A stretch of 64,000 nucleotides of DNA from the NCBI GenBank assembly GCA_965649765.1, contig OZ287750.1, positions 55,180,001 through 55,244,000 of the forward strand, given 5' to 3'. Positions within the stretch are counted from its first letter, which is position 1. Each line of letters begins with the position of its first letter. This stretch comes from Bispira polyomma. Lineage: Eukaryota. The translations under genes and the position numbers were made by a program. Of this stretch, positions 26,233 through 38,756 are shown piece by piece. Under the pieces are notes generated by a model. That model ran no database searches and had not been told where the DNA came from. It saw only the letters and a list, made by a program, of their open reading frames with translations.

Positions 26233-27697
26233 CTAGAGAAATACACACAATAACCACTTCAATAGATGATACTGTTATATATGTATAAGTAACACACCAT
26301 CTGACTGACAGTGTACCTAGAAATAGACAAAATTACCACTTCAATATATTATAGAACTGTGTAGACATACCTAGAAATACATAAAATAACCACTTTGATG
26401 ACAATGATGGCAATGCAATATATTTCAGTGTATTTTTTATCTGTAAAAAAAGGAGTGCATTATAACAGTGAAACTGAAAACAAGAGCAGAGTGGTCTGGC
26501 GACCACGTCATAAAAATCCCACGACGAGTCCCGAAAATAGTGAACCATCAGCAAAAATCAAAGCATTATCATTATGGTCTGCAAAAAAAATAATTAACTA
26601 TTAAACAAATAAAGGGTACTTGCTTTTATTTGGTCGTATTGCATATTGTTCAACTTCATAGATATAAGCAATTGTTTGAAGTCCTTTATAAAATTCATGT
26701 TTTCACCCCCATCAAGTGGTGCTTAAATTACTTTGAAATCCCAAGATTTTCAGCCAATCCCGTCTCGCCTAAGATAAAATTAGGCTGGTCACCATCTTTG
26801 ATCATTTTTTACAACTATTTATACACAGAGATTGATCAATATAGAAATTGATGTGACAGAAAGTTGTTAATAAACTACAATTTCTAAGTGAGGCCGTGGG
26901 ACAATACTAATGTGATTGACAGCTTGACTGGACACGCCCAGAAACTGATAAAAACGCAAATATTGTCTATTCGTTATTAGAATCGATCTGTGAGCACAAG
27001 AGGTTCAAATCTAGATTCGATGCGAATTTTAGACCATAGCTCTCTACCAGTTTCGAGATTTTTCACACTTTCTCGATTCCATCTACCTCACGCTGAAGCA
27101 TACTAACACGTCACTTCTTGTCGGAAGTGAACGCACCCAAAAAAAGAGTTAAAACTAATGAATTCTTAGGAACAATTAGTCCAGCTTACAAAGGATGGTT
27201 TTAATTCATTACATACCCATATTCTTCCCCAGCGGAAAATACTATTTTATTAATGATGTAAATTAAATTTAATATATTATTTAACAGAGTACCACAGCTC
27301 ATACATGTTTTAAATTAGTATTTCTTTCTGTGGAATATAATAAATCATTAGAAATTAAATATTGTTATTATTTGTTTACTTTCACTGTCACAACTTACTG
27401 AGTCTGTCTTAGGTTAACATGGTAATTAACAGATGATAATATTAGACTGTTTACATGTCGTCTAGTACTGTTGATAGGGTAAAACACTATCACTATGATA
27501 ACTTACTTGTTTTATTAGTAGGTTACAACACTATCACTATGATAACTTTCTAGTACTGTTGACCAAAGGAATATGATTCTCCCAAGAACTTGAGCTAAGA
27601 ACGCTCCAAACAAAAGACAAACCTCCTAACTAGTAGGCCACATAAATCACAATGATCAAATAATGATTTATTAGTACTATGTTGTACAAACCAAGAT

Positions 27698-27934
27698 TGA
27701 ATTTGGATATTTAATGTCCACTCTAGTACCTGTTTAGGTTATATTGGGACATGTAGTTGGAAACGCTGGAGGAAACACTGCATACAGTTGATCAAGGTTC
27801 TGCACTGGAACCAGCGGCCCACAGTAGGGAACTACCACCTTTCACACATAGGCATCGACGGGATTCGAACTCATGCCGCCCAGAGGTGAGAGATCAGTGA
27901 TTTTGAAGCGCAATGCTTGCTAACCACTAGGCTT
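27698..27934 (-). mobile_element. tRNA-derived SINE family 1
   Basis: TSD TACAAACCAAGAT. Confidence 0.9.
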
Positions 27935-28539
27935 TACAAACCAAGATACAGTATTGACAACAAAAATGCACTTATTAGAATTTATACTAACCTTATATTA
28001 ACTTGCTACCACAATGACCACAAATAATACAGATACTAATTTGGATGCTGTATATTAAATTACTGGTACTAGTATTGGGCATAACTTATTAGTTAACTAG
28101 TATTCTAACATGACACGGCAGTGTCGACGATTCTAATTGGTTCCCCAGAATGTGTTATATTCTAATAACAAGGTAGGCGATTCCATCTCTTAAACATTGC
28201 GGTAACTCTGTTACTGTAACTCTGTATCACCCTCTGCAGTCAGTTGATGTAACAGCCATATAATTTATTGGATATTGTAACAAATTGGACTTATTTTTAC
28301 AAAATAAGGAATTGGTCATGTTAGAATAGAAATAATGCACTCCAATTGTGGTGTTGTGCTGCATTTTGCAACGAGTAGCGATATTAGGAGCACTAAGGCG
28401 AAGTGTGTTATTTCTGCACTAAGCACAAAAAATCACTTACTAGAACTTACTAATCTCATAATAATTTGCTAGTACTATAACCACAAATAATACAGATACT
28501 AATAGTCCAATACAGATGTCATTTTATAACTTACTGACC

Positions 28540-29990
28540 ACAACAAAATAGTTAGCTAGATACTGACCACAACTCATTAGTTAACTAGTACTGACCACAA
28601 CTCATTAGTTAGCTAGTACTGATCACAACTCATTAGTTAACTAGTACTGATCACAACTCATTAGTTAACTAGTACTGATCACAAGTAAGTAGCTAACTGG
28701 TACTGATCACAACTCATTAGTTAACTAGTACTGATCACAAGAAAGTAGCTAACTGGTACTGATCACAAGTAAGTAGCTAACTGGTACTGATCACAAGTAA
28801 GTAGTTAACTGGTACTGACCACAAATCATTAGTTAACTAGTACTGACCACAACTCATTAGTTACCAAGTACAGACCACAAGTAAGTAGTTAACTAGTACT
28901 GACCATAACAAATTAGTTAACTAGTCCTTTGTACTGACTCTGACTACAACTCATTAGTTAGCTAGTACTGACCACAAGTAAGTAGTTAACTAGTACTGAG
29001 CACAACAAAATTAGTCAGCTAGTATTGACCGCAACTCATTATTTAACTAGTACTTATCACAACAATTAGTTAACTACATACTGATCACAACTCATTAGTT
29101 AACTAGTACTGATCACAACTCATTAGTTAACATGTACTGACCACAACTCATTATTTAACTAGTACTGACCACAACTCATTAGTTAGCTAGTACTGATCAC
29201 AAGTAGGGGCCACGGTGGCCTAGTGGTTAGCAAGCATTGTGCTTCACAATCAGTGGTCTCTCACCTTTGGATGGCGTGAGTTCGACTTCTGTCGATGCCT
29301 ATGTGGGAAAGGTGGTAGTTCCTTACTGTAGTCCGCAGGTTTCAGTGCAGAACCTTGATCAACTGTATGCAGTGTTTCCTCCAGCGTTTCCAACTACCCG
29401 TCCCAATATAACCTAAACAGGTACTAGAGTGGACGTTAAATATCCTAATTCAAACTGATCACAAATGAGTAGTTAACTGGTACTGATCACAAGTAAGTAG
29501 CTAGCTGGTACTGATCACAACTAATTAGTAAACTAGTACTGACCACAACAAATTAGGTAACTAGTACTGATCACAACTCATTAGTTAACTAGTACTGACT
29601 ACAACTCATTAGTTAACTAGTAGTCACCAGAACTAATTAGTTACCTAGTACTGATCACAACTCATTAGTTAATTAGTACTGACTACAACTCATTAGTTAA
29701 CTAGTAGTCACCAGAACTAATTAGTTACCTAGTACTGATCACAACTCATTAGTTAACTAGTACTGACTACAACTCATTAGTTAACTAGTAGTCACCAGAA
29801 CTAATTAGTTACCTAGTACTGATGACAACTCATTAGTTAACTAGTACTGACCACAACTCATTAGTTAACTATACTGACCACAACTCATTAGCTAACTATA
29901 CTGACCACAACTCATTAGTTAACTAGCACTGACTACAACTCATTAGTTAACCAGTAACGACCACAACAAACCAGTACTGACCACAACTAA
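28540..29990. repeat. 28-bp minisatellite (ACTGACCACAACTCATTAGTTAACTAGT)n
   Basis: Roughly 40 units, interrupted by one SINE, abutting the donor of the TM1 exon. Confidence 0.95.
29206..29453 (+). mobile_element. tRNA-derived SINE family 1, inserted into the 28-bp minisatellite
   Basis: Full-length copy interrupting the array, with ACTGATCACAA on both sides. Confidence 0.9.
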
Positions 29991-29998
29991 TCACTTAC

Positions 29999-30170
29999 TA
30001 TTACTATTATCAGGGTAGAGCACTATGACCAGTATGAAGGCTGTACACCAGAAGACAAACACCAGACTGAGGACGAGGTTGGGTATTAAGGTGAAGAGCC
30101 AGGGCAGTCGCCACCCAACATCCTCTCTGCCAACAGCCCGCACGATATCGGTGTACTCCTGATGGGTCAG
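29999..30170 (-). CDS. TIR-TMEM268-like gene, exon encoding TM helix 1
   Basis: gtgttttag acceptor, A|gtaagt donor, phase 0-1. Encodes LTHQEYTDIVRAVGREDVGWRLPWLFTLIPNLVLSLVFVFWCTAFILVIVLYPDNSN. Confidence 0.85.
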
Positions 30171-31717
30171 CTAAAACACAACACTGACTATAGTACGAGT
30201 GTTATTATTGTGGAATAGCTGATGTACGTGGCACAAGCACGTATAGCTTTAAGTTCTTTATATATTCTACGATGTTAACTGTTACATCACTTTCAACAGC
30301 TTATTATATCGTATCATAATGGTCAGATGCAATGTTGGAAGGAACCAGTGCTGACGCCACTCCAGACCACTGACATATGTTTAAAACTTCCTAAATGAAG
30401 GGTTTTTCTAATTCCCCTTAGTGAGAGGCCAGTTAGTGTGAAGCAGGCACTTATGACCACTGGGCCACCTCTATTTTTTTTGTCAACCAATATTTACGTG
30501 TACATAAAGAGAAAGTTAATCGTTTTTGGAGCCCAATCTTTCCATCAACATATTGAGCTCTGGAAGCGATTCAATAACGAAATTTGACGTTATGTTTGCA
30601 AGTTGGCCTTCAAATTCACCAACACAAGCCATCTTTGATATTGGCTGGTGTGATACGTCACGACAAAGTTATACTGTAAGTGTTATTGACGTCAGCTGTT
30701 TCCCCTCAAACCTGTGGCGTTTGGAAATGCAACAGCTATATAATAGTATGCTACTTTATCATCGAAAAAGAAGGAGTACATGTTTTTTTGCTTATTTAAC
30801 ATAGGTAAAGCTAGTAGCACCTCCATTTTGGCAAAATTCAAAGTATTTCATTAAAGCTTAATCTTTCCCAGCCTCAGTATATCTTCTAAATATTTAAATA
30901 ATAAACATTTGCCTTTGGTTAGAACTCGGGTCCTGTACTCCACTAGATGACAGGGTTGTTAAGGTCCAGCATTTATGACGTGTAAATTATCTATTATGTA
31001 TTGTTTTATTCTATGTACGTGTTACTCAATGGGACAACAGTTAAGATATAATAAAGGAAATCTGATGATACAAGTACATGGCTGAAAGCCTGATAATTAA
31101 AATTATCTCACAATTGATGCACTGTCTGGTAATCAAATTGCAAAAACAAAATTCATTTGCTTGCACTTTTTCGACTATAAAAGTGTTTAGTTCTAGGCGC
31201 AGACACTCCAATGACGTCATATAACGAGCTCCAGGCGGGAAAAGTGTGACAAGTCGTCTGCTCATCAAAGAAGACTAGCCCCAGAAAGAGGACAATAGGT
31301 GTTTATGTTTGGTGGGGAACTGTTGACAACTGATAAAGAGGGGGGGGGATGGAATAAATCCCTTGGGACAGGGATGGGGGACGCCTTATCAGTCTCGTTT
31401 TCGTCCAGTGTACTATAGAATGTCTAAATGATTTGATATTTATGATTCGATTTCATGGTAAATCACCCAGGAAATTGAAAATTACAGAGAATAAATAGGC
31501 TGGAGACTTTGTTGGGTAAATGTTGTCAAATATCAAGGTTTTTATTATATAGTTTTCTTTTCTGCAGTTAATAGTCCCTTTATTTTGTCATACACCACAT
31601 ATATTTAAACTATTCTGTGTGTGTTACTTTTGAATATTTTTAAACTATTTGGGCATTCGTTGAGACCTTCAGTTTGAGGAAATCCAAGTAGAAGTGTTGA
31701 GACTTCCCCAAAGAAAA

Positions 31718-31980
31718 GGGGCCGCGGTAGCCTAGTGGTTAGCAAGCATTGCAGTTCACAATCACTGGTCTCTCACCTCTGCGATCGGCTGGCGTGGGTT
31801 CGGCTCCCGGCGATGCCTATGTGGGAAAGGTGGTAGTTCCTTACTGTGGGCCGCTGGTTTCAGTGCAGAACCTTGATCAACTGTAAGCACTGTTTCCTTC
31901 AGTGTTTCCAACTACCCATCCCAATATAACTTAAACAGGTACTAGAGTGGACGTTAAATACCCCAATTTCAAAAACAAAA
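31718..31980 (+). mobile_element. tRNA-derived SINE family 1
   Basis: TSD TTCCCCAAAGAAA. Confidence 0.9.
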
Positions 31981-32408
31981 TTCCCCAAAGAAAGATACAA
32001 AAATCTTCTCTTCTATAACCAGACATAAAGGTAATACATGCTTACATATCAACATTCACACAGAGGGCCTTTTGCATTACATAAAGTGCGAAAGGATAGA
32101 AGGCTTAGTGGGGAAAATTTTCACACTGACAATAATAAATGTATGATTGAGCACAAATATATCAGGGTTTTACGTTTCGATTCTACTATCAATTTCTAAC
32201 ATCTTTATGTTTTGTGATTTAGCAATATGAGTAAACATTGAAATTGTAAGGAATGTGCTGTCTCTGACAGGATGAAGTAATACAGATTTTAGCACAGGGC
32301 TCTATCTGTTTCAACTCTTTCTAATGAATAAAATAATATCAAGCACAACAGCCCAGCAGCTTGGAGGGCTCTACATAATGTTTGTAAGTAAAGAGCAAAT
32401 AGACATAC

Positions 32409-32527
32409 CCCGATGTCATACATCGAAAGAGTCTCGGGAACCTCTTCATGGTCAAATACCAGCCTTGTATTGAAATGACCTTGAACTGAAGTTGAGAGCT
32501 TAACGAGAACTTCACCATTTTGAAAAC
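32409..32527 (-). CDS. TIR-TMEM268-like gene, exon starting the TMEM268-like module
   Basis: ctatctttag acceptor, GGG|gtatgt donor, phase 1-0. GFQNGEVLVKL resembles TMEM268 'NGQVLTVL' (recalled). Confidence 0.83.
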
Positions 32528-33834
32528 CTAAAGATAGAGTATATGATACAAAGGTTAGCCAAATGGTTACAAAATTCAGTTGCCACAAAGTAATCTTTCC
32601 TAAGACTCATATTTTGTTATATAATAATAATGAAGCCTTAAAGGTTATTGCAAACCAGGTCCAGAGAAATATGATCCAATGATAACACAATAAGATCGGG
32701 ACTCGATGGGATCGAGCATTGACACTTTATACAATACTGCCTCTGATTATCTGACATCAAACTGCTAGAAAATAACGAATAAGTGAATACAAGCTAAAAT
32801 TGCAACTTCCATTCCTCCTTGTCATAGGATTGGACAAAAAAGTGGAGAAATTTTTGTTTTAGAGTGTATGCCACATATGTCATCGGGTTTGGATGTGATG
32901 GGACACGTAAATTATATGTTTTTTCCCAGTTGCTATAATTTTGGTTAGATCTTGAATATTCGAACAATACTGCATCGGGCATGGATTGCATGACCCTTTA
33001 AGAGCTTTTATAGTTTTCTGATTTTATCCCTAGATACCACAATGCACCCCTATCAATCTCTCCGTAGGCCACAAAATTCACTTTATGTGTACAACTTTTG
33101 CAATTTCTTTAAATCAAGGGGATTTTGTGACACACATAAGCCTAACTCAAGGCTAGCAATACATAATCAAAGTCTATAATATGAGCAGGGAAAAACAACA
33201 CAATACACAGAAAACTATGCTGAAATCTCCCGTGGAGAACATCTACTGTACACCTTGAATTACAATTGAGGACACACTATCTATAGCACAAGACAGTTAC
33301 AACCAATGCGTCCCTCCATAAGGACATTTACAGTACTTTTAATGGGAAAATCAACCATTTCATTGGTTCAATCAAGATCAAATGACATTGAGTCGCGGTT
33401 TCGACCTGGGCGTATATGTATTTCTTCTATCCAGTGGGTCATTGTTATTTCTACTTCATCTTTGAGAAAGTTGGAGAAAATCTATAGATATTTTGGTCTA
33501 ACTTCTTATGACCTCCATCAAGGATGCTATGTTTCCACTTGTATCTTGTAGTTGGTTGGTATGTTGTTCACCAGAATTACAGATAAGCTCCTGAACTGAT
33601 TAACATGTGAGATTCGGTAGAGTAAAACAAGAACTTTGGCTAAGGCAGAATCTATTAAACTTTGGAGTAAATCCAGGTAGAAGGGTGGATCCAAGATTAT
33701 AAATAATCCTTTTTGGTAATAGCGAAGGTGTCCCCTTTCATTTTTTTTAATACTCGCTTAAAAATTATAGGTCCTTTATTTTTATCAGTAAACGCATCAT
33801 TAAAGTTATTCCATTAAGTCATTAAGTCAATTGG

Positions 33835-34530
33835 ATTTATGTCTTATGGCAGATTTTCTGCCCTTTAATGTAAACTGAACCATGCTTTACTTAAGTGACA
33901 GTTTTTTCTATCTCTCCCCTACCGGTCTATCATAAAAAATTTAATAATACTCCAGGGGCAGTATATATTCATAAAAGGATTTAGTCTTAGGCTTAATATT
34001 TATGTCTTAATTACTTAAAACTGATTACTGTTAGTTTTAGTGTTTTGTGCAATCCTTTGTTACTGTCATTGGGACTAAATCCCAAATCTTAACCTTTTCA
34101 TCCAACATCAAAGGCCACAATTATGAGCTTAACATTAAGTTAAAACAAAGCATTTTGTGAACACGCCCCAGAACCTTGGGAATATGATTTATTTCTTAGT
34201 GGCAGATTTCCTGTGCTTTACTGTTAACTCTACTGGAACAAGCTTCACTTAAATGACAGTTTTCACTCTCGCTTTCCCTATAGGTTCGCCATGAAAAATT
34301 TACCAGAACTTTTGAAATATGATTTATTGCTTACTGTTAGTGACCGCTTTATCCCCCCTCCTCCCATTGCCATGAAATATTTACCAGTACTTTTCGTATA
34401 TGATATATGTCTTCGTGGCAGATTTTTTGTGCTTTACTGTAAACTCTACTGAAACAAGCCTCACTTAAGTGACACCTTTTTCTCTCTCCCCCCAACGGGC
34501 TTACCATGAAAATGTACCAATACTCCAGAG
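33835..34530. repeat. Diverged tandem repeat (three clear units plus a partial), interrupted by a MITE
   Basis: TGGCAGATTT...CTTAA(G/A)TGACA...CATGAAAA recurs at ~33847, 34200 and 34416. Confidence 0.7.
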
Positions 34531-35744
34531 CTGCTAATTAAATGGTCTCTGGTGGATTGGAAACAAGGAAATGTAAAGCAATTCATCTTAGGGCTAATAG
34601 TCTACAATACACTGGTAACATGATGAATAATGGATGGGAGTACTCTAAAATGTGGCTGACTCTAAACTTGTTTTTGTAAGAGTCTAAGCATGACGTAAGT
34701 GCTTGGCAAGGCTACTGGGTACTATATCTAGAGTGAGAGGTTTCAGGTGGTTTTTACATTAAAAGACAGTTTGTACAGAATTTTCACATGCCATCCCACT
34801 GATACTTCTTTGAAATTATAAATGTTAACAATTTCTAACCATTTTATTTTTAAATTCAAAAGGATTTCTATAAAATCTGGTGTAGCAATGGGCACGGGCA
34901 AAAGCCATTCTATTAAATTTGGGGCATAGGCTAAATCCAGGTATTTCTATTTTCAATATAGTGGTACATGCTGTCATATTGACATATTTAAACCAGATTC
35001 TCCTGAAAACCATTTGTAGTTTGTGAATTCAAACCATTTTGCTTTTTCGCCTTTTGTTTTCCTTCAGTAACCTTAAGAGAGGAAAGAGACTTTCTGTTTT
35101 ATATGTAAAAAACACCAAGATGGCCGAGTCTAGACCTTTGTCAATTGCCTGTATCTTATAGAATAGTATCCCAGTTGAGCTTAGATCATTAGAAACACTT
35201 TATGGATTTAGAAGAAAACTTTAGCTTTATCAGTCATGTTTACTCCCTCTAATTCCCACACTGTATATTCCTCAAATCCTTCATTGCAACCTTGCTATGT
35301 TTTTAGGACTTCTTGATTGGTTAATTGATTCTGTTTTAGATTCTGATTAGATGCCTCGCATCAATAAGGTGAGTTAAAATGATGTGTCCAGAAAAGAGAC
35401 ATATCACATCACCATTCGTTACTCGCACGCCCACCCCCACGCCCCAATCCCCCAAAAACTCATTATTAAGCAAGCTATATCATGACAACCCATGTAGTGG
35501 ATTAGATAAATATATCCGCCAATCTTTTTGTATAAATGAGCGGAAGCCATTTTTAGATTAACTGGTACCTTTTTATTAAATCAGCAGAAATCAAACTCAT
35601 GTACTAAAATGAAACTAGCATTGTAAAAGCTATCAACAGCTGAAAAAACCTGTAAAACAAAATATTTGTAAACTTTAAGCTTTTTCACATTTGTACACAG
35701 AATAGACTACTTCATTTACACTGAGAAGAAGCTATGAATAGAAT

Positions 35745-36075
35745 CTACCCAGGGGTATGCTCTTAAAAGTGTGGGTGGATTCAAGAAAGTCACCAGATTC
35801 TACCTCAGGCTGTGGTATACTCTGGGAGGTAGGGGTAGATTCTAGGAAGCAACCAGATTCTACCTCAGGCTAGAGTATACTCTGGGAGGTAGGGGTAGAT
35901 TCTAAGAAGCCACCAGATTATACTTAGAGTATACACTTGGAGGTGCGGGTAGATAATAGGAAGCCACAATATTGTACCTGAAGTATACTCTGGAAGGTGG
36001 GGGTAGCTTCTAAAAAGCCACCATGTTCTACCTAGGATATACTCTGGGAGGTAAGGGTCAGCCTGGGGTAGATTT
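35745..36075. repeat. ~57-60-bp minisatellite
   Basis: TATACTCTGGGAGGTAGGGGTAGATTCTAGGAAGCCACCAGATTCTACC, 5-6 copies. Explains ORF 35865-36185. Confidence 0.85.
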
Positions 36076-37116
36076 ACGTGGTTTCCTGTAATCTGGCCAG
36101 TATAAAATGAAGCGGGGGTGGTAGATAGGACTATATTTTCACATTTTACACCAATGTACGCAACCATGTTATCCAGGTATCTCATAGACAGTTACTCTAT
36201 ACAGAAATGGGATGGGGTATTAACTGATCAGTGGTCTGAACGGACAAGCCACGGGGTACGTTAACACTGAAATTGAATTTAAGGGATTCCGCTGTAATCT
36301 TGGTATTGCACACAAGAGTTGCTTTGAATACAATTTTTGCTTTTGTCCTTTTAGGTAAAGTGAACTCAGCCTTAAGACAAGCAGTAACATGCATAATATG
36401 AAGCTCAACGATTCTAATTACCAAAAACGAAAAGCACCTTTAATTGCTGAGCCTAAAAGCTTGCACAATTTAGAAAGATTGCTTCAGGAAAGAAAAAAAT
36501 CTATTTTTAGAAACCATTTGCTGGCCCAAACCGACAGTAGCCATAAAAAAGGCTCTTTTTTACTTCTTAGGTGGGCTACTTTGGTAACTTTTATCAGAGG
36601 GTTGGGTAGAGGACAGTGATGGATTATCCCTGTCAACAGCACACAGTGGTGTGTGTATTTAACGAGCAAGAAACGCTAAGAGTCTTTTAAATGAGATGAA
36701 AAAAAGGCTTAACTCAAGCCCCGAAAGTCCATTTGTCAAGGCAATGGTGTTCGGACAGATGTGTCTTTGACCAAGTGGTAGATATTGGCCTTTGCAACAG
36801 CCATAAATGCTTTGCATACATAGCCAGCGGATTTTTACTGAATTTAATATTTCTTACAGCAAATCATAGCTTGTTTAGTTTAGATGGTAATTACAGAGTT
36901 ACATAATGTCTACATGGGAATTTATAACAGTCTATGGTCAGGCTATATAGTTTTAGGACCTAATAAATACCACATCTGGATGACCTATGAAATGCTTTTC
37001 AATAATGTTTATGCAATATAAATATTCCTATTTAACAATCATATATCACAAGAAGCAACATTTTTTTAAATCTGCACCTTGAAGTGGCATGCTAAACTAG
37101 GGAATATTAACCTTAC

Positions 37117-37176
37117 CTGATGTGGGCGTGGTCAAAGATTTCAGAGTGTGCAGGGACTCGCTGATTGACAGGCCAT
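37117..37176 (-). CDS. TIR-TMEM268-like gene, Ser/Thr-rich linker exon (DGLSISESLHTLKSLTTPTS)
   Basis: ttttctcaccacag acceptor, CAG|gtaagg donor, 60 nt, phase 1-1. Confidence 0.78.
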
Positions 37177-38150
37177 CTGTGGTGAGAAAAGTATATCATA
37201 TAAGCCGGTAATGTATTCATGGTTATATATCACTGTGTTTAAGAAATTTTAATTCATTTGAGTTCTACATAACTTTCAACATATTCAGTCATATTATGAT
37301 TGCCACGTGCACATTTATTAGTAGAGGAACCCAGTACTATTTGCACTGTAAACTGCCGACCAACAACAAGTACCTGGCACTCTTTCCAGTGGGAGTTAAT
37401 AGGCGGATTCAGGTCAGTCAGGCAGAGTCAGGTTCGGGGACGGTCAGGCAAATTATTTTCTGGGGCTGAACCGCACATAAATCTGACAACCAAACTTTAA
37501 AATTTAAGTTTACCTAATGAACAGATTATTGCAAAATGTAAATCCTGGACTACTACAGATAGTTTACTAAATTTATAAGACAGATTAAAAAAAATTTAAT
37601 TTAAAATATTCCTCGCTGTTTATAACCTTTTGTCCATCCGTTTACACATATTGGTGTTGTTTTTCAAAAAATATATTGCCGGTATGAAACCGGCAACCTT
37701 TGCGATCACCAGGCCAACTACCTCAACTGGGAGTCCAGCCTTCTAACCACCACTAGGCCACACTAGACTCAATCTTTTACTTAGATCTGCTCCCAGATGT
37801 AATGATATTGTTGTCCAAAACGTTGTTATCATCTATGCATTATCTCATAAAAAGAAGTTTACTGGTGGACCAAGTTAGTCAGTCAAGATTTGTACATTGT
37901 AAATGACCAGCCTTCACCAAGTCTACTGCGAACCTCCGCACAAACATGCTAGGGACTGAGGTGGAAAGATAGAGCATTACCTGTACAACGCCAAATGCTT
38001 GATTTTAATTTGACATTGGTTTAACATATTACACAAAACATACATAATCACATCAAGTTATAATATACACAGCTGTTCAAAACTGCACAATGCTATTCAA
38101 CAGTCAATACCTGTTTTTATAGTTGTGCATGTATAATACAGTAAGCATAC

Positions 38151-38756
38151 CTAACTCCAGGTGCTGTAGTAAATTTTCCCAGAATTCTTCATCCATCCCA
38201 GCAGGCACATTCGTTACAGGACTCAAGCAACGCAAACTCTCGGGAAGATCACACGTCCGTAGTATCACAGGAACCAGTCGCTGCCGTCGCTGACTTAGCG
38301 AGGTCACGTGGGATATTGTATCCTCGTATTCACTCCAAGAATCCTGGAGAAACTCGGGACTTAGCACCAATATGACCCGCAAGCTGAGCATAACTGAGCA
38401 AAGGATATTCTGTATGGATGTTTGTTTGTCGTTAAAATCTCGGTCACCATAGCAACAGCGGTAGTTATATGGTGGAGCTTCAAGCACCTGCACCACATGC
38501 TCCACCCATGATCTGTCGTCATGGTGATATCCAAAGTACATGTGGTATCGATGTTTTGTATCCAGCGGACCGGCGCTATAACTGGACAGCGTGGAGATAG
38601 TTGTGCATTCCGATGGGCTGCGCAGATTGGTCAGGGCTAAGCCCCGCCCATAGAAGGCGGAGCCTGGGCATGTGTCACAACCTTGAAGGCGTAGATTTAT
38701 GTCATCTGAGTGGGTGATACTGCCAAGCACCTCATGATTGACAAGGACGCTTGTGT
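38151..38756 (-). CDS. TIR-TMEM268-like gene, TIR-domain exon (first constant exon)
   Basis: ttatttttag acceptor, G|gtatgc donor, 606 nt, phase 1-1. TIR motifs YHMYFGYHHDDRSWV, CYGDRDF, VILVLSPEFLQDSWSEYE, LVPVIL...LP..L, FW..L. Confidence 0.92.

Noticed and set aside
26880-27140. Promoter-like motif cluster (GATTGACAG, CACGCCC, CACTTC…GGAAGTG) in an intron
   Set aside because: No exon or TSS evidence. It could equally be the interior of an unrecognised transposon.
28540-29990. CRISPR-like array of ~28-bp palindromic repeats
   Set aside because: Units are head-to-tail with no unique spacers, there are no cas genes, and the context is a eukaryotic intron. It is a minisatellite.
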